The position numbers and the translations under genes are program-made. Of a stretch of DNA of 64,000 bases, positions 48,113 to 58,479 are shown in pieces (position 1 is the first letter of the stretch; every line of letters starts with the position of its first letter). The stretch comes from an uncultured bacterium. Lineage in GTDB: Bacteria; Babelota; Babeliae; Babelales; JACPOV01. The stretch is taken from the NCBI GenBank assembly GCA_963744715.1, contig CAVUUR010000012.1:1-64000 (forward strand). The letters run 5' to 3'. Below the pieces are notes generated by a model that was not told the origin of the DNA, did no database searches, and saw only the letters and a program-made list of their open reading frames with translations.

Positions 48113-49477
48113 ATGGTTAATGTTTTTTTAATGAACGCTTTTTTCGTAGTGTTTGGATTCTTTTTCGACGGTTGTAAGGCGATGGAGGCCGATAAATCAG
48201 ATAATGAGGTGATGCAATATTATATCGTTCCTTATGCAAGTTGCAAACCAGAACAACCAGTCACCATAACAACTGATGAATTTAAAGCTCTCATAAGATG
48301 GAGCCAACCTATTAAATCAATAAATCAAGCTCTTCCGATGCTTCCTGTTGATACTCAAAAAATAATACATTTGCCTGCAATTACATCGGAGGGTTTTTCA
48401 AAAATACGGCCATTGATCAGTAAATTGGATAAAGAAACTGCTCTAAAATCAGATATCAGTCACCATACATCTAAAGATGTGGTGAGCTTCGTGTATGATG
48501 CATTATATCTTAACATTCAACCAATACATAATGTTTCTACGGGTTTATTAGTTTCTAAAATTAAGAATGAAAAATCGATTGTTAGCTTACTCATCGAACA
48601 AGCGCCATCTCCGTGGTACCTAGCGCATTTACCCGAAAATCTTCAACAAGAAGCAAATCAAATATTGTTTACGGAGATTGATGGTATTGATGAAGTACAA
48701 AAATTTATGTCAAAATTATATCGATATAGACAAGTTCCATCGGTTGTAAATGATAACATTGAACAACCACGATCGTTTTCCAGGGATGGTAATAAAATTA
48801 TAATTAACAATTTAACGCCATCATCACAATTGTCTTTTGATTTTGATAAGCCAGTCGATTTTTTGATAGTAAGTCCTAATAGATTATTCGTATCATTCTT
48901 TTTTGCTAACGAGGAAGTCAAAATTTTTGATAGCAGAAGTAAGAAATTTATTTTTCATGCGAGTGGGTACAAGAAGGACGTTAAATGTTTAGCTGTTAGC
49001 GAAAATGGAAATTTTAGTGCAGCATCAGATACAAAACAAATTTCTATTTTTGATCCCAAGAGTAAAGGGAGTATTGCGAACTTCACACCTACCGTTGCAG
49101 TTCGGTATTTGGATATTAGAAATGATGGGCAATTGGTTATATGTGGCGATAATTGCATACAAATTTTTGAGTTTCCATATACTCGTTGTCATCAAGAAAT
49201 AGCTACTAATTCTATGAATCGTGTATGTTATAGTAACAATATCATAATAGGAAGCAATTTGCAGCAGAGAAAAAATTATGCGTGGCGTAAGCCGTTGTTT
49301 AGCGAAAAGTATCCTCATAGTAATTTTATAACAACATTCTTATTACATCAGATATATACCTGTGAGCAAATAGATTTGGCACAACAGCATCCTCTTTGGA
49401 CTTTCATATTTAATTCATTACCTCTGTCGATAAAAAAAGATTTGATGGATAGAAAAAAAGCCGTTTTTAATGGGTAA
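48113..49477 (+). CDS. Exported Skp1/BTB-like plus beta-propeller protein, paralogue 2
   Basis: Tandem paralogue; signal peptide ending CKA-MEA; VSPN..VKIFD and VKCLAVSENG..ISIFD blades. Confidence 0.65.
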   Translation: MVNVFLMNAFFVVFGFFFDGCKAMEADKSDNEVMQYYIVPYASCKPEQPVTITTDEFKALIRWSQPIKSINQALPMLPVDTQKIIHLPAITSEGFSKIRPLISKLDKETALKSDISHHTSKDVVSFVYDALYLNIQPIHNVSTGLLVSKIKNEKSIVSLLIEQAPSPWYLAHLPENLQQEANQILFTEIDGIDEVQKFMSKLYRYRQVPSVVNDNIEQPRSFSRDGNKIIINNLTPSSQLSFDFDKPVDFLIVSPNRLFVSFFFANEEVKIFDSRSKKFIFHASGYKKDVKCLAVSENGNFSAASDTKQISIFDPKSKGSIANFTPTVAVRYLDIRNDGQLVICGDNCIQIFEFPYTRCHQEIATNSMNRVCYSNNIIIGSNLQQRKNYAWRKPLFSEKYPHSNFITTFLLHQIYTCEQIDLAQQHPLWTFIFNSLPLSIKKDLMDRKKAVFNG

Positions 49478-49479
49478 AG

Positions 49480-50500
49480 TTAGGTTAGAGGAACTTCTTT
49501 TACCACATCCTTTGCATCTTTATCGTTGCGGAGACCTTTATAGCGCCCTACGCGTAATTTCCCCCCCTCTGGTCCATTGGGCAAATTGAAATTCAGCTAC
49601 TAGTTTTGGCTTTACCCAATTAACATTTTTTTCAGAGAGCGTATAGTCACTAAAGGGAGATTTCTTTATGGTTAGTTTTTTTAAGGCAGTACCGAGCATA
49701 GTGAGCGTTTCTTCGGAAAATCCTGTACCAACTTTTCCTGCATAGTGTAATTTCCCATCTTTATAATATCCTACTAATAATGCACCAAAATACGTGCGAG
49801 AGCCTTTTGGGTTGGTGTAGCCTCCAATGACCAGTTCTTGCTTGCTGATACATTTGAATTTTAACCAATCACGTGAACGTTTTCCCACATAAGGACTATC
49901 GATCCGTTTGGCAATGAGACCTTCCCAGTGAAGTTTGCATGCTTTTTTAAACAATGCTATGCCATTACCAATTTTATGTTCTGTATACGTTAACATGGTA
50001 TTGTAGTTCAAAAGCTTTTTTAATATGGTTTTGCGTGCATGTAACGGAAGATTCCGTATATCATACCCATCAACGTACATGAGATCGAAAATGCAGTAGA
50101 CAATAGGAACTTCTTGTTCTTTAATTTTAATATTTTCAAGAGCCTGTAGATTCATGCGGCCCTGTAAGAGTTCAAAGTCGGAAACACCTTTTTTTTCCGC
50201 AATAATTTCTCCGTCAAGAATAAAATTATCAGCTTTCTGTCGCATAAAAGATTTGACAAGCTCTGGATATGAGGTGTTCATTTCTTTATTATTGCGTGAT
50301 ACAAGATATACTTTGCCTTTTTTTTTGAATGCCAAACAACGTTCTCCATCAAATTTATGTTCGTATAACCAATCATTACTCGAAAAGTAATCCTCGGTTA
50401 ACGTAGCAAGCATGGGTTGAATGAAGGTTGGCTGTTTAGTTTTCTTTATTTTTTTGAGCAAGGCATCTGAAAGTCCTGAAAATAGTGCTTTTTTATTCAT
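49480..50500 (-). CDS. ATP-dependent DNA ligase (stand-alone LigD-type ligase domain), with one extra G near 49561
   Basis: PMLA, EHKFDGER, LDGEI, FDL, EGLIAK, RS..WLKFK, GKVGTGF; removing one base from the G7 run restores KLR..RYKGLRNDK..DV. Confidence 0.92.
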
Positions 50501-51614
50501 AATAATACTTTCGTTCTTGTGCAACGCAATTCATAATTAATCCCACCATACACAGAGAAGCAATAAGCGCTGAATTACCGTAACTGACAAAGGGGAGCCC
50601 AATTCCTTTTGTGGGTAATAAGCCGGTTGTTACCGCTATATTAATAAGTGCCTGTAGACTGGTCATAATTACAAAACCAAGGGTAACAAGAACTGAAAAA
50701 AGATCATGCATGTGCAGTGCAATACGCATACCTACATACATAAATAGTAGGTAGAGCATTATTAAAACTAAGGCTCCCATAAAGCCAGTTTCTTCAGTAA
50801 TAATAGAAAAAATAAAGTCAGTATGTTGCATTGGTAAGTAAAAAAACTTCTGTTTTGAGTGAGAAATTCCCACACCAAACCATCTTCCCGATCCGATGGC
50901 AATCAATGATTGAATAAGTTGAAATCCGGAACCTTGCCGCGCATTCCAAGGATTGAAAAACGTTATTATTCGCTTCCATCGATAACTACGCATATAAATA
51001 AGTAATGCCGCTATGATAAGAGCACCGCCAGATGCTACCAATAAATAGATGCTCGGTATGTGCATGATAAAAAGAAGAATAAAAGTGGTAATGGTTATCG
51101 TTACTGCCATACCAAAATCAGGTTGTTTAAGTAAAATAACGCCAATGATACCCAGCAGTAGCAGTAAAAAAAATAATATCATTAAGGAAGAATGTGACTG
51201 ATTTTTTTTTGTGCTAAATATCCATGCAATAAACATAATAAAAGAAATTTTTAGTAATTCACTTGGTTGAAAGGTTATTCCCGGCAACGTAAGCCATCGG
51301 CTTGAACCATGAATAGTAGTACTAAAACCAGGAAATAAGGTGAGTGCGGTACATGCCATGGAAAACAGTAAAAATAACGGCGTTAATTTTTTTATGAGTG
51401 TTAAAGGAAGTAAGCGAATAATAAGTAAACTAAGTAATCCCAGTATTAATCCAACAGCTTGTTTTTTGACAAAATAATGTGCTGTTCCGCACCGCTCTAA
51501 TGCATATACAGAGCTTGCTGAATAAATGAACAATAAACCGATACAAATCAGTAGACTAATAATGCCAAGAAACAGAGTAAGATCATTATGTAATTTTTTT
51601 TGTTCATTGATCAT
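50493..51614 (-). CDS. ftsW: SEDS peptidoglycan polymerase FtsW
   Basis: YSAS, GSSRW, FQPSE, QPDFG, GFQ..QS, HTDFIF, PTKG..LPFVSYG. Confidence 0.93.
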   Translation of the reverse strand: MINEQKKLHNDLTLFLGIISLLICIGLLFIYSASSVYALERCGTAHYFVKKQAVGLILGLLSLLIIRLLPLTLIKKLTPLFLLFSMACTALTLFPGFSTTIHGSSRWLTLPGITFQPSELLKISFIMFIAWIFSTKKNQSHSSLMILFFLLLLLGIIGVILLKQPDFGMAVTITITTFILLFIMHIPSIYLLVASGGALIIAALLIYMRSYRWKRIITFFNPWNARQGSGFQLIQSLIAIGSGRWFGVGISHSKQKFFYLPMQHTDFIFSIITEETGFMGALVLIMLYLLFMYVGMRIALHMHDLFSVLVTLGFVIMTSLQALINIAVTTGLLPTKGIGLPFVSYGNSALIASLCMVGLIMNCVAQERKYYYE

Positions 51615-51866
51615 AATTGCATCGATTGGTATTTTTTTATTACGAAACTACTCATAATGAATGGGCAATGTCAATTATTTACATGAGTATTATTACTTAG
51701 GAGAACGTGCAACATATCCTAGCCTTTTCCCATTATTCCTCAATATGGGCAGGGTTACGGGGCATGATATGCCCATTGACAAATATGATATATTTATTAC
51801 AATTAGTACTAAGGGCGCATTGATGCCGTTTTCATAAAATAAGCTAAATTAATTAAGGGATACTCT

Positions 51867-52808
51867 ATGAATTTTAAATATACATTGATTATTATTGGAT
51901 CATTAGTAGCTACTAATGCGCTCGCTGTTCGATGGACAACCGTGGGAAAATTTTTTAATTATGGTATAGCAAGTATGCCTATGCTATCGGGATTAAAGAC
52001 TTTAGCGCAACTTGATGTGATAGAAAAAAACTGTGAAACATTATTGGAAAACGTACCAGCAGATATTCAAAATTTTTGCAATGATATCGTTCATAATGAA
52101 CAGGCAAAAGATCCCTTTGTTTATAAGCAGTATAATGTTTATGGGTCTCCTGCTGCTGCTTTAGGTAAAAAAACATTATTAATTAATCCTGACCAAATTC
52201 AACCTATACAAGAATCGTTAAAAGCTGATGATCAGCGCAAACTTATACCTGTTACCTTTTTAATCAGACATGAATTACAGCATCTACAAAATAATGATTC
52301 AGTTAAAAGAGAACTAGCTAGAATTGGTGCTGTTGGTGTAACGGAATTGATAAGCAAAACACTGAGAACCTCCATCTTTCAAGTTCCATTTTTTAAACAT
52401 CCAGCTCTAGTAGTGGGTGCTCATATTGGTACCGGGTGCACAAAATTATTATGCAGCACTATGCAATGGTATGCCTATAAAAGACATGAAGAAAAGCAAG
52501 CCGATTATAAAGCATTACAGTACTTCAAAAACCCTGAAAAAATAGATTTTATTATACAATATATCGATAATGCGTTTACTGCTGTTTATGATAAACCAAT
52601 ACTTGATGGCATAAAGGCGCAGGGACATTCTGAAGAAGTAGCACGGCAAATGTTAAATCAATACAAAGAAAAAAACAAATCATTTATGCCATTTTTATAT
52701 GCTATTATGGATCCTGAGCATCCAACGACACAAGCACGAAAAAATCAAGCACTCCGCTATAAAGAAAAACTCATAGCAGAACAAGAAAATCAAGGTGCTA
52801 AAAAATAA
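51867..52808 (+). CDS. Secreted M48-like zinc metallopeptidase
   Basis: Signal peptide ending ALA; HELQH, EKQAD, HPT...R; TTGACA/TACAAT promoter at 51776-51803. Confidence 0.75.
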   Translation: MNFKYTLIIIGSLVATNALAVRWTTVGKFFNYGIASMPMLSGLKTLAQLDVIEKNCETLLENVPADIQNFCNDIVHNEQAKDPFVYKQYNVYGSPAAALGKKTLLINPDQIQPIQESLKADDQRKLIPVTFLIRHELQHLQNNDSVKRELARIGAVGVTELISKTLRTSIFQVPFFKHPALVVGAHIGTGCTKLLCSTMQWYAYKRHEEKQADYKALQYFKNPEKIDFIIQYIDNAFTAVYDKPILDGIKAQGHSEEVARQMLNQYKEKNKSFMPFLYAIMDPEHPTTQARKNQALRYKEKLIAEQENQGAKK

Positions 52809-52865
52809 ATAATAGAGTTCGACAAGAGCATTTCAATCGATAAAAACTCGTTGAAATCTAATGCA

Positions 52866-54548
52866 TTATTTTTGTTGGTGCTTAGTGAATGAAATACCAG
52901 GTAAAACGGGCACCGTGCATCCGGAAGGTTGTTGTATACCTACAATACGCGCGATGGTTGGTGCTAGTTGCTGAACCCATACCTTATCGGGAATAGTTTT
53001 CTGCTCAAATACGGTAGGTTGATAGATAATGAGAGGAACCTGCGTATCGTACTCATAAGGAGTTTTGTGGCCAGTACCATACGCGTGGCAACTGGCATAT
53101 ACATACGGTGATACTTGTACAATCAGATCACCACTTCGACCAGGAAAAAGCTGATTTTTGTAATATGAGAGAATATCATCGTGATTAACTGATTTTGCCG
53201 CTAATTCTTGATAGGTCCAAATTTGTTTAATGCCGGGTATATTGAGTAAAAACTTTTTTATGGTTTGTATAATGGCCTCTTGCTTTTTCTTTGGTAAGGT
53301 GTCAAAAATTGCATGATTAAGATATAAATCCGGCACTTCAAGAAAACGAATTATTGGAGATATGCCATAGGTATGTTCAAGATGCGCATTGAGTTCTTTT
53401 TGGATATTTTTTACATCCAACCGTAATGCATTAATATGTTTATGTTGTTGTAATAGTTCTGGAATTGACATGCTTCCATGATCGGCCGTTAAAACGAATA
53501 AAATGTTTTGCGATGGTAGTTTTGTGTAGAGATGATTAATAAATTTATCAAGCTGCTTGTCAAGGTGATACAAAATATCGAGATATTCGCGGCTATCCGG
53601 CCCATATATATGACCTACTTTGTCCACGCCACTCAAACCAATAAAAAGTAGTATAGTGCCATGGTTAGGAACCGTAAGCATTTGATCAAAATACTGTTCT
53701 GATAATTCAAGCAATGATTGATGAGCCTGTGGCGTTTGCGCAAAGGTCTCATAATATTTTTTATATTTTTTTGGTTGATCAGCGTGCGCAATAGTTTTAT
53801 TAATTAACGATGGGGCTCTGCTGTAGGCATATTGTTGTGATAAAGAGTGTTTGTATGCAGGGCTATCAAAAGGATACCGTAAACGCCATTGTATTGTTGC
53901 ATGTTTTTGTTTATGCGCAGTATTAAATCGTTGTATCCATCCAGGCAATTGTTCAAAATACGCTTTACTTGAAGTGAAATAGCCACTTTCTGTATCAAGC
54001 CACAACGCTTTCCCTCGTTTTCCCGCCATAGGAATCGCAGATCTACTTTTGAGCGTTAGCGCCGCAACATTATTAACAGCAGCAGGGGACGAAGCGAGCA
54101 TACATTGATCTGATAACGTATCGACCATAATATTGCGGGTTGATTTTCCATAGGAATACACGCCGTTTGGTGAAAAAACAGCACTTGCATCAATATTATC
54201 TTGATCACACAATATTTTTGTTCCTTGTGGCGTCAACCAACTATTACGGGTAATACCGTGATTGTTTGGTGTTGTGCCGGTACTTAATCCGGTGTGCCCC
54301 GCGCCGGTGCCGGGCATACTATGCGGCCAATGGGCAGAATTGTATACAATACCCTTATCAAGAAACATGCGTAATGCGCCGTGCAAATATGGTTTAATGG
54401 TCATTAAACGTTGATATGATAATTGATCGATCACCAATACAATAACGGCCTCCGGTTTTTTTTGATTGCACAACGCGTGATTATGAGTACCAATAAAAAA
54501 AAGAGAACACAAAAAAAAATTGAGTAGTAAGAAAAATTGATTGTGCAT
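52866..54548 (-). CDS. Alkaline phosphatase superfamily protein (PafA/PhoK-like)
   Basis: VIDQ, T..GHT..TGT.P..HGI, KSRSAI, D.VGH.YGP, TADHG, GTGH..PY.YDT.VP. Confidence 0.88.
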   Translation of the reverse strand: MHNQFFLLLNFFLCSLFFIGTHNHALCNQKKPEAVIVLVIDQLSYQRLMTIKPYLHGALRMFLDKGIVYNSAHWPHSMPGTGAGHTGLSTGTTPNNHGITRNSWLTPQGTKILCDQDNIDASAVFSPNGVYSYGKSTRNIMVDTLSDQCMLASSPAAVNNVAALTLKSRSAIPMAGKRGKALWLDTESGYFTSSKAYFEQLPGWIQRFNTAHKQKHATIQWRLRYPFDSPAYKHSLSQQYAYSRAPSLINKTIAHADQPKKYKKYYETFAQTPQAHQSLLELSEQYFDQMLTVPNHGTILLFIGLSGVDKVGHIYGPDSREYLDILYHLDKQLDKFINHLYTKLPSQNILFVLTADHGSMSIPELLQQHKHINALRLDVKNIQKELNAHLEHTYGISPIIRFLEVPDLYLNHAIFDTLPKKKQEAIIQTIKKFLLNIPGIKQIWTYQELAAKSVNHDDILSYYKNQLFPGRSGDLIVQVSPYVYASCHAYGTGHKTPYEYDTQVPLIIYQPTVFEQKTIPDKVWVQQLAPTIARIVGIQQPSGCTVPVLPGISFTKHQQK

Positions 54549-54668
54549 TATTAATCCTTATTGTAGCTACGGTAACGGATTGATGATACTAGTATATAAA
54601 TTGCAAATATAAATATTCAATAATTTTTTTACTGCGCGCGACTGATAATGCATTGATTATGTTAAAAA

Positions 54669-55025
54669 TTATGGTGAATCTATTTCTTTAAATACCTTGT
54701 GGAGGTTATCAAGCTCTTTAGGATAATCGCTAAGAATAAGTGCAAGAACTTTTTGATTAAGATGCTCTAATAGTAGTGCATTACCTTCAGAATGATTAAA
54801 AGAAGGTTGACTAATAAGTTCCAAATTAATGGTGATAGCGATCATCATGGGAGCAATTTCTTTATCCGCCAATTGTGTAATGATCGTGGTATTTTCAATA
54901 ATGTAATCGAGCCCATGTTCTTTAAAACGTTGTGTTAATACTTCAGACGTCGGTAATTTTACCGATGTTATATAACTCGTATAAAGAGTTATGCTTAGAA
55001 TAATAATCGTTTTTATTTTTTTCAT
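54669..55025 (-). CDS. Small hypothetical exported protein
   Basis: AAGGAAG RBS; N-terminus MKKIKTIIILSITLY. Confidence 0.65.
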   Translation of the reverse strand: MKKIKTIIILSITLYTSYITSVKLPTSEVLTQRFKEHGLDYIIENTTIITQLADKEIAPMMIAITINLELISQPSFNHSEGNALLLEHLNQKVLALILSDYPKELDNLHKVFKEIDSP

Positions 55026-55106
55026 ATACTTCCTTAAAATCAACGTTTTTTAGTCAACAGTAAAAAGTATAGTGCTGTGTGCATCAAAAGCAGAAGAAAA
55101 AAGATA

Positions 55107-56504
55107 TCAATTATCCGTTGATACTGAATTGTTGTAACGATCTTGAAAGGCGAGCACGAGTTGTTTGAAACAAGTACCGCGTTCTTGATAATGCGCGAAT
55201 AAATCATAACTTGACCCTGCTGGCGAAAAAAGAACACGGCTGTTGGGTTGCATTGTTTGTATGCACGCCGCGAAGGCTTCTTGTAACGTTGCATATGCTG
55301 AAGAACGAATATTATGTTGCTGGCAAAAATCATGGAGTAATGCCGCTTCTTTGCCAAAACACAAGACGGTTGTAACCGTATCGGGTAATTGCGCAATAAG
55401 GGTTGATCGATCAATTCCCTTGCTCATGCCACCCAAAAAAAGAATAAGCGGTTTTTTGGCTAACGTAGCAAGAGCGGCTAGAGTTGCTTGCGGCACCGTA
55501 GATTTTGAATCATTATAAAATTCGATATTGTTAATAGTAGCAACCAATTCACAACGATGCTCAAGGTAGGTTTGATCTAATGGAGCTTGCTTAAGTACCG
55601 TTAATGGTATTTCTAATAACCATAAACTTGCAACGATAGTTAACCAATTTGCGGGAAATGAAATGGCAGGAAGGTTATCAACGGTTATTAATACTTGTTT
55701 ATGGTTGAGGTGATACAACGCAATAGCACCATGTTCAATCCAGAACGTTGGTACATGTTTTGCTTTTTCTAGCAATGAACTACGCGGTGGTGTTAATGAA
55801 AAAAAAGCATGGCAACCAGCGCCTTTATGCATGGTTAAGAATAATTCATCTTCAAGAAATTCTAATGGCAATAATGCTTGTTGATTGGCATGTTGATATG
55901 CAACGCTCTTCATTTTTGCCGAAAAATAATCAGGTACGGTGCTGTGCCTATCAAGATGATTAGGATAAAAATTGGTCCATATAACAAAATCTGGGGCGGT
56001 AGTTTTTGAATATTCTAATTGAAAGCTCGATAATTCTAAAACGGCACAATCAACCTGTTCTTGCTGACTGATAAGTTCAAGCATGCCGGTGCCAATATTA
56101 CCGCCAAGGGCAACGCGTTTTCCTGCGTTACCCAAGAGTGAAGATAGTAAACTGGTTGTTGATGTTTTGCCTATAGTGCCGGTGATAGCAATAATTGGTT
56201 TTTTAAAAAAATGTGAAAAAAGATCAAGTTCACTAATACATTTATGCTGATGGTGCACATAAGGACGAAGGTCAATGCCGGGGCTTACGAGAATCAGGTC
56301 ATTGTTTTGCAAAAATGATTCAATGACGGCAGGGGTTTGTTGCACAAAATGAATTGCGGTGTGAGCAAAAAAAGTTCGTTCTTCTGCTGATAATATTTTT
56401 TTATCCATAACGGATAAGGTTGTTGTATGGTTGCGTAAAAAATTAACTGCTGCTTTACCAACGACACCAAATCCCCAAATGCCAATTTTTTTATTGTGTA
56501 TCAT
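55107..56504 (-). CDS. murD: UDP-MurNAc-L-Ala D-Glu ligase MurD
   Basis: VSPGI, ITGTIGKTST, GGNIG, LELSSFQL, NHLDRH, NDSKST, SPAGSSYD. Confidence 0.95.
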   Translation of the reverse strand: MIHNKKIGIWGFGVVGKAAVNFLRNHTTTLSVMDKKILSAEERTFFAHTAIHFVQQTPAVIESFLQNNDLILVSPGIDLRPYVHHQHKCISELDLFSHFFKKPIIAITGTIGKTSTTSLLSSLLGNAGKRVALGGNIGTGMLELISQQEQVDCAVLELSSFQLEYSKTTAPDFVIWTNFYPNHLDRHSTVPDYFSAKMKSVAYQHANQQALLPLEFLEDELFLTMHKGAGCHAFFSLTPPRSSLLEKAKHVPTFWIEHGAIALYHLNHKQVLITVDNLPAISFPANWLTIVASLWLLEIPLTVLKQAPLDQTYLEHRCELVATINNIEFYNDSKSTVPQATLAALATLAKKPLILFLGGMSKGIDRSTLIAQLPDTVTTVLCFGKEAALLHDFCQQHNIRSSAYATLQEAFAACIQTMQPNSRVLFSPAGSSYDLFAHYQERGTCFKQLVLAFQDRYNNSVSTDN

Positions 56505-56620
56505 GCAGATCTAAATTTTTTTATAGTTAATATCAATACTTATGTATTGCCTTCAGTATAACATAATTTCGTTGTTTGCCATAAATTATGTATGGATTGT
56601 GGTACTTTAACAATAGGTTA

Positions 56621-57385
56621 TTATTCACTAATCAAACGACGGCGATAATCAGAAAGTTTCTGATACAGCGCGACCATTTTTTCATATGTAACAGTGGGTA
56701 GTCCTTTTGAACTTAATTCAATGTCCAATGCCCTACTCCAACCTATTAATGCACGAACTTTGTCTGATACCGGTTCTGTAATAGAATTTTCTGTAGTATC
56801 AAAGGTTTTTAAATATTGTAATTTATCTATTTGCTCAGGAATTTTTGTTAGTTTATTATGTGAAACATCGAACTTTTTAAGATTGGTAAGTTTTGAAATA
56901 GAAGCTGGTATGTCTGTTATCTGATTATAACGGATATTGATGTCGGTAAGCTCGGGTAATGAACAAAGTATTTCCGGGAATGTCTCAAATTTATTAGATC
57001 CCAGATCAATATGTTTTAAATTTTGTAAGGTGTTAAAACTTTCTGGTAATAATTTGAGTTTATTACATGATAAATCGAGCGTTTTAAGGGAAATGGCTGA
57101 CAATATAGTTGGACTTTGTAGTAACTTATTCTTTTGTTCTGGGTTATGGAATTCTTTCATAGTAACTAAATCGTTAATATCACTTTCCAAATTTTTTATT
57201 TTTGTACTGGATAAATTCAGATGCTTTAATGCTTGCGAATTACTTTCCTCTTCACATCTCAATGCTATAAGAATTTTGCATTGATCATTTAGGGTTAACG
57301 GCTGTGCTTCTAAATCAATTGGTGTTTCCATGGCTGCAAGTGAAAAAACACTGATGATACTGAGAATAAAAAAACTGTATTTCAT
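56621..57385 (-). CDS. Secreted leucine-rich repeat protein
   Basis: LxxLxLxxNxLxxLP 23-aa repeats; signal peptide ending AA-MET. Confidence 0.92.
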   Translation of the reverse strand: MKYSFFILSIISVFSLAAMETPIDLEAQPLTLNDQCKILIALRCEEESNSQALKHLNLSSTKIKNLESDINDLVTMKEFHNPEQKNKLLQSPTILSAISLKTLDLSCNKLKLLPESFNTLQNLKHIDLGSNKFETFPEILCSLPELTDINIRYNQITDIPASISKLTNLKKFDVSHNKLTKIPEQIDKLQYLKTFDTTENSITEPVSDKVRALIGWSRALDIELSSKGLPTVTYEKMVALYQKLSDYRRRLISE

Positions 57386-57467
57386 ACTGAGATACTCCTA
57401 TTATTTAATGTAAAATTCCATCTTAATTAACATGCCAAAGATGTGACTCCATTTTGATAACCATGAG

Positions 57468-58397
57468 TTATTTTCCATAGTGACCACGCAACGTTTTATA
57501 TAGTACCGTTACAAAGTTATTTGTTCGCCGATCAATATCTATTAGTTCGTCCCTACTTAATAGGGGAAGGACGTTTTGTGGCACAGGTTCTGTAATAGGA
57601 TTACCTTTAGTGCTTAATATCTGTAACTTTGGTAAGTTGCCTACCCAATCAGGAATCATTGTTAGTTTATTTCCTGCTAAGAGCAATGATTCAAGTTTGG
57701 TGAGATTGCTAACAGTATCAGGTATTGAAAGTATTTTATTGTCTTCAACGTTAATAACTTTGAGACTAGAAAGCGAACAGAGGGCCTCCGGGAATAAAGT
57801 AAGATTATTGTTGCCTAGATAAATTGTGTTTAAGTTTTGTAAGACAGTACAACATTCAGGGATTGTTGTTATTTGATTGCGTTCTATAACCAACTCTTCA
57901 AGATTAGAGAGGTTACTGATAGTATCAGGTATTTTTGGTATGGTATTGTACCCCAAATAAATAGCTTTAAGCTTAGGCATTGAACAAAGCACCTCGGGGA
58001 ATGCCTTAAGGTGATTATAATCGAGAGCAATCGTTGTTAAATCTTGTAGTGTGGTGAAGCTTTGTGGCAGTGATTCAATTTTATTACCACTCAAGAAGAG
58101 CTTGTCAAAAGCCATCATTGACATAACTTGCTGCAGCAATGTATCATCCTGTTTTTTTTCAGCAGACTTCACAACGGTCAAAATACCAACCTCACGTTCA
58201 AGGTCTTGTATGTTTGATACGGATAAACTAAGGTTACGTAGGTCTTGTAGGTCATTAGTTTTGTTAAATCTTAACACCATAAGAGTTTTACATTGATCAT
58301 TAAGTGTAGGTTTCCGTGCTTCTAAATCGAGCGGTTTTTCCATGGCGGCAAGTGAAAAAACACTGATAACACCGAGAATAAAAAAGCTGTATTTCAT
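57468..58397 (-). CDS. Secreted leucine-rich repeat protein
   Basis: LRRs; signal peptide ending AA-MEK. Confidence 0.92.
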   Translation of the reverse strand: MKYSFFILGVISVFSLAAMEKPLDLEARKPTLNDQCKTLMVLRFNKTNDLQDLRNLSLSVSNIQDLEREVGILTVVKSAEKKQDDTLLQQVMSMMAFDKLFLSGNKIESLPQSFTTLQDLTTIALDYNHLKAFPEVLCSMPKLKAIYLGYNTIPKIPDTISNLSNLEELVIERNQITTIPECCTVLQNLNTIYLGNNNLTLFPEALCSLSSLKVINVEDNKILSIPDTVSNLTKLESLLLAGNKLTMIPDWVGNLPKLQILSTKGNPITEPVPQNVLPLLSRDELIDIDRRTNNFVTVLYKTLRGHYGK

Positions 58398-58479
58398 GCT
58401 GAGATACTCCTATTATTTAATGTAAAATTCCATCTTAATTATCAGGCCAAAGATGTGGCTCCATTTTGATAACCATGAG

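Noticed and set aside
49555..49570. Phase variation or programmed frameshift at the G7 run of the ligase
   Set aside because: Similar homopolymer indels occur throughout the window (about 1697, 16185, 42750, 43045, 58560), so error is more parsimonious; it cannot be excluded without reads
43356..51700. Ku gene near the LigD modules
   Set aside because: No ORF with Ku-like N-terminal W.G...FGLV..PV motifs was seen; it may lie outside the window
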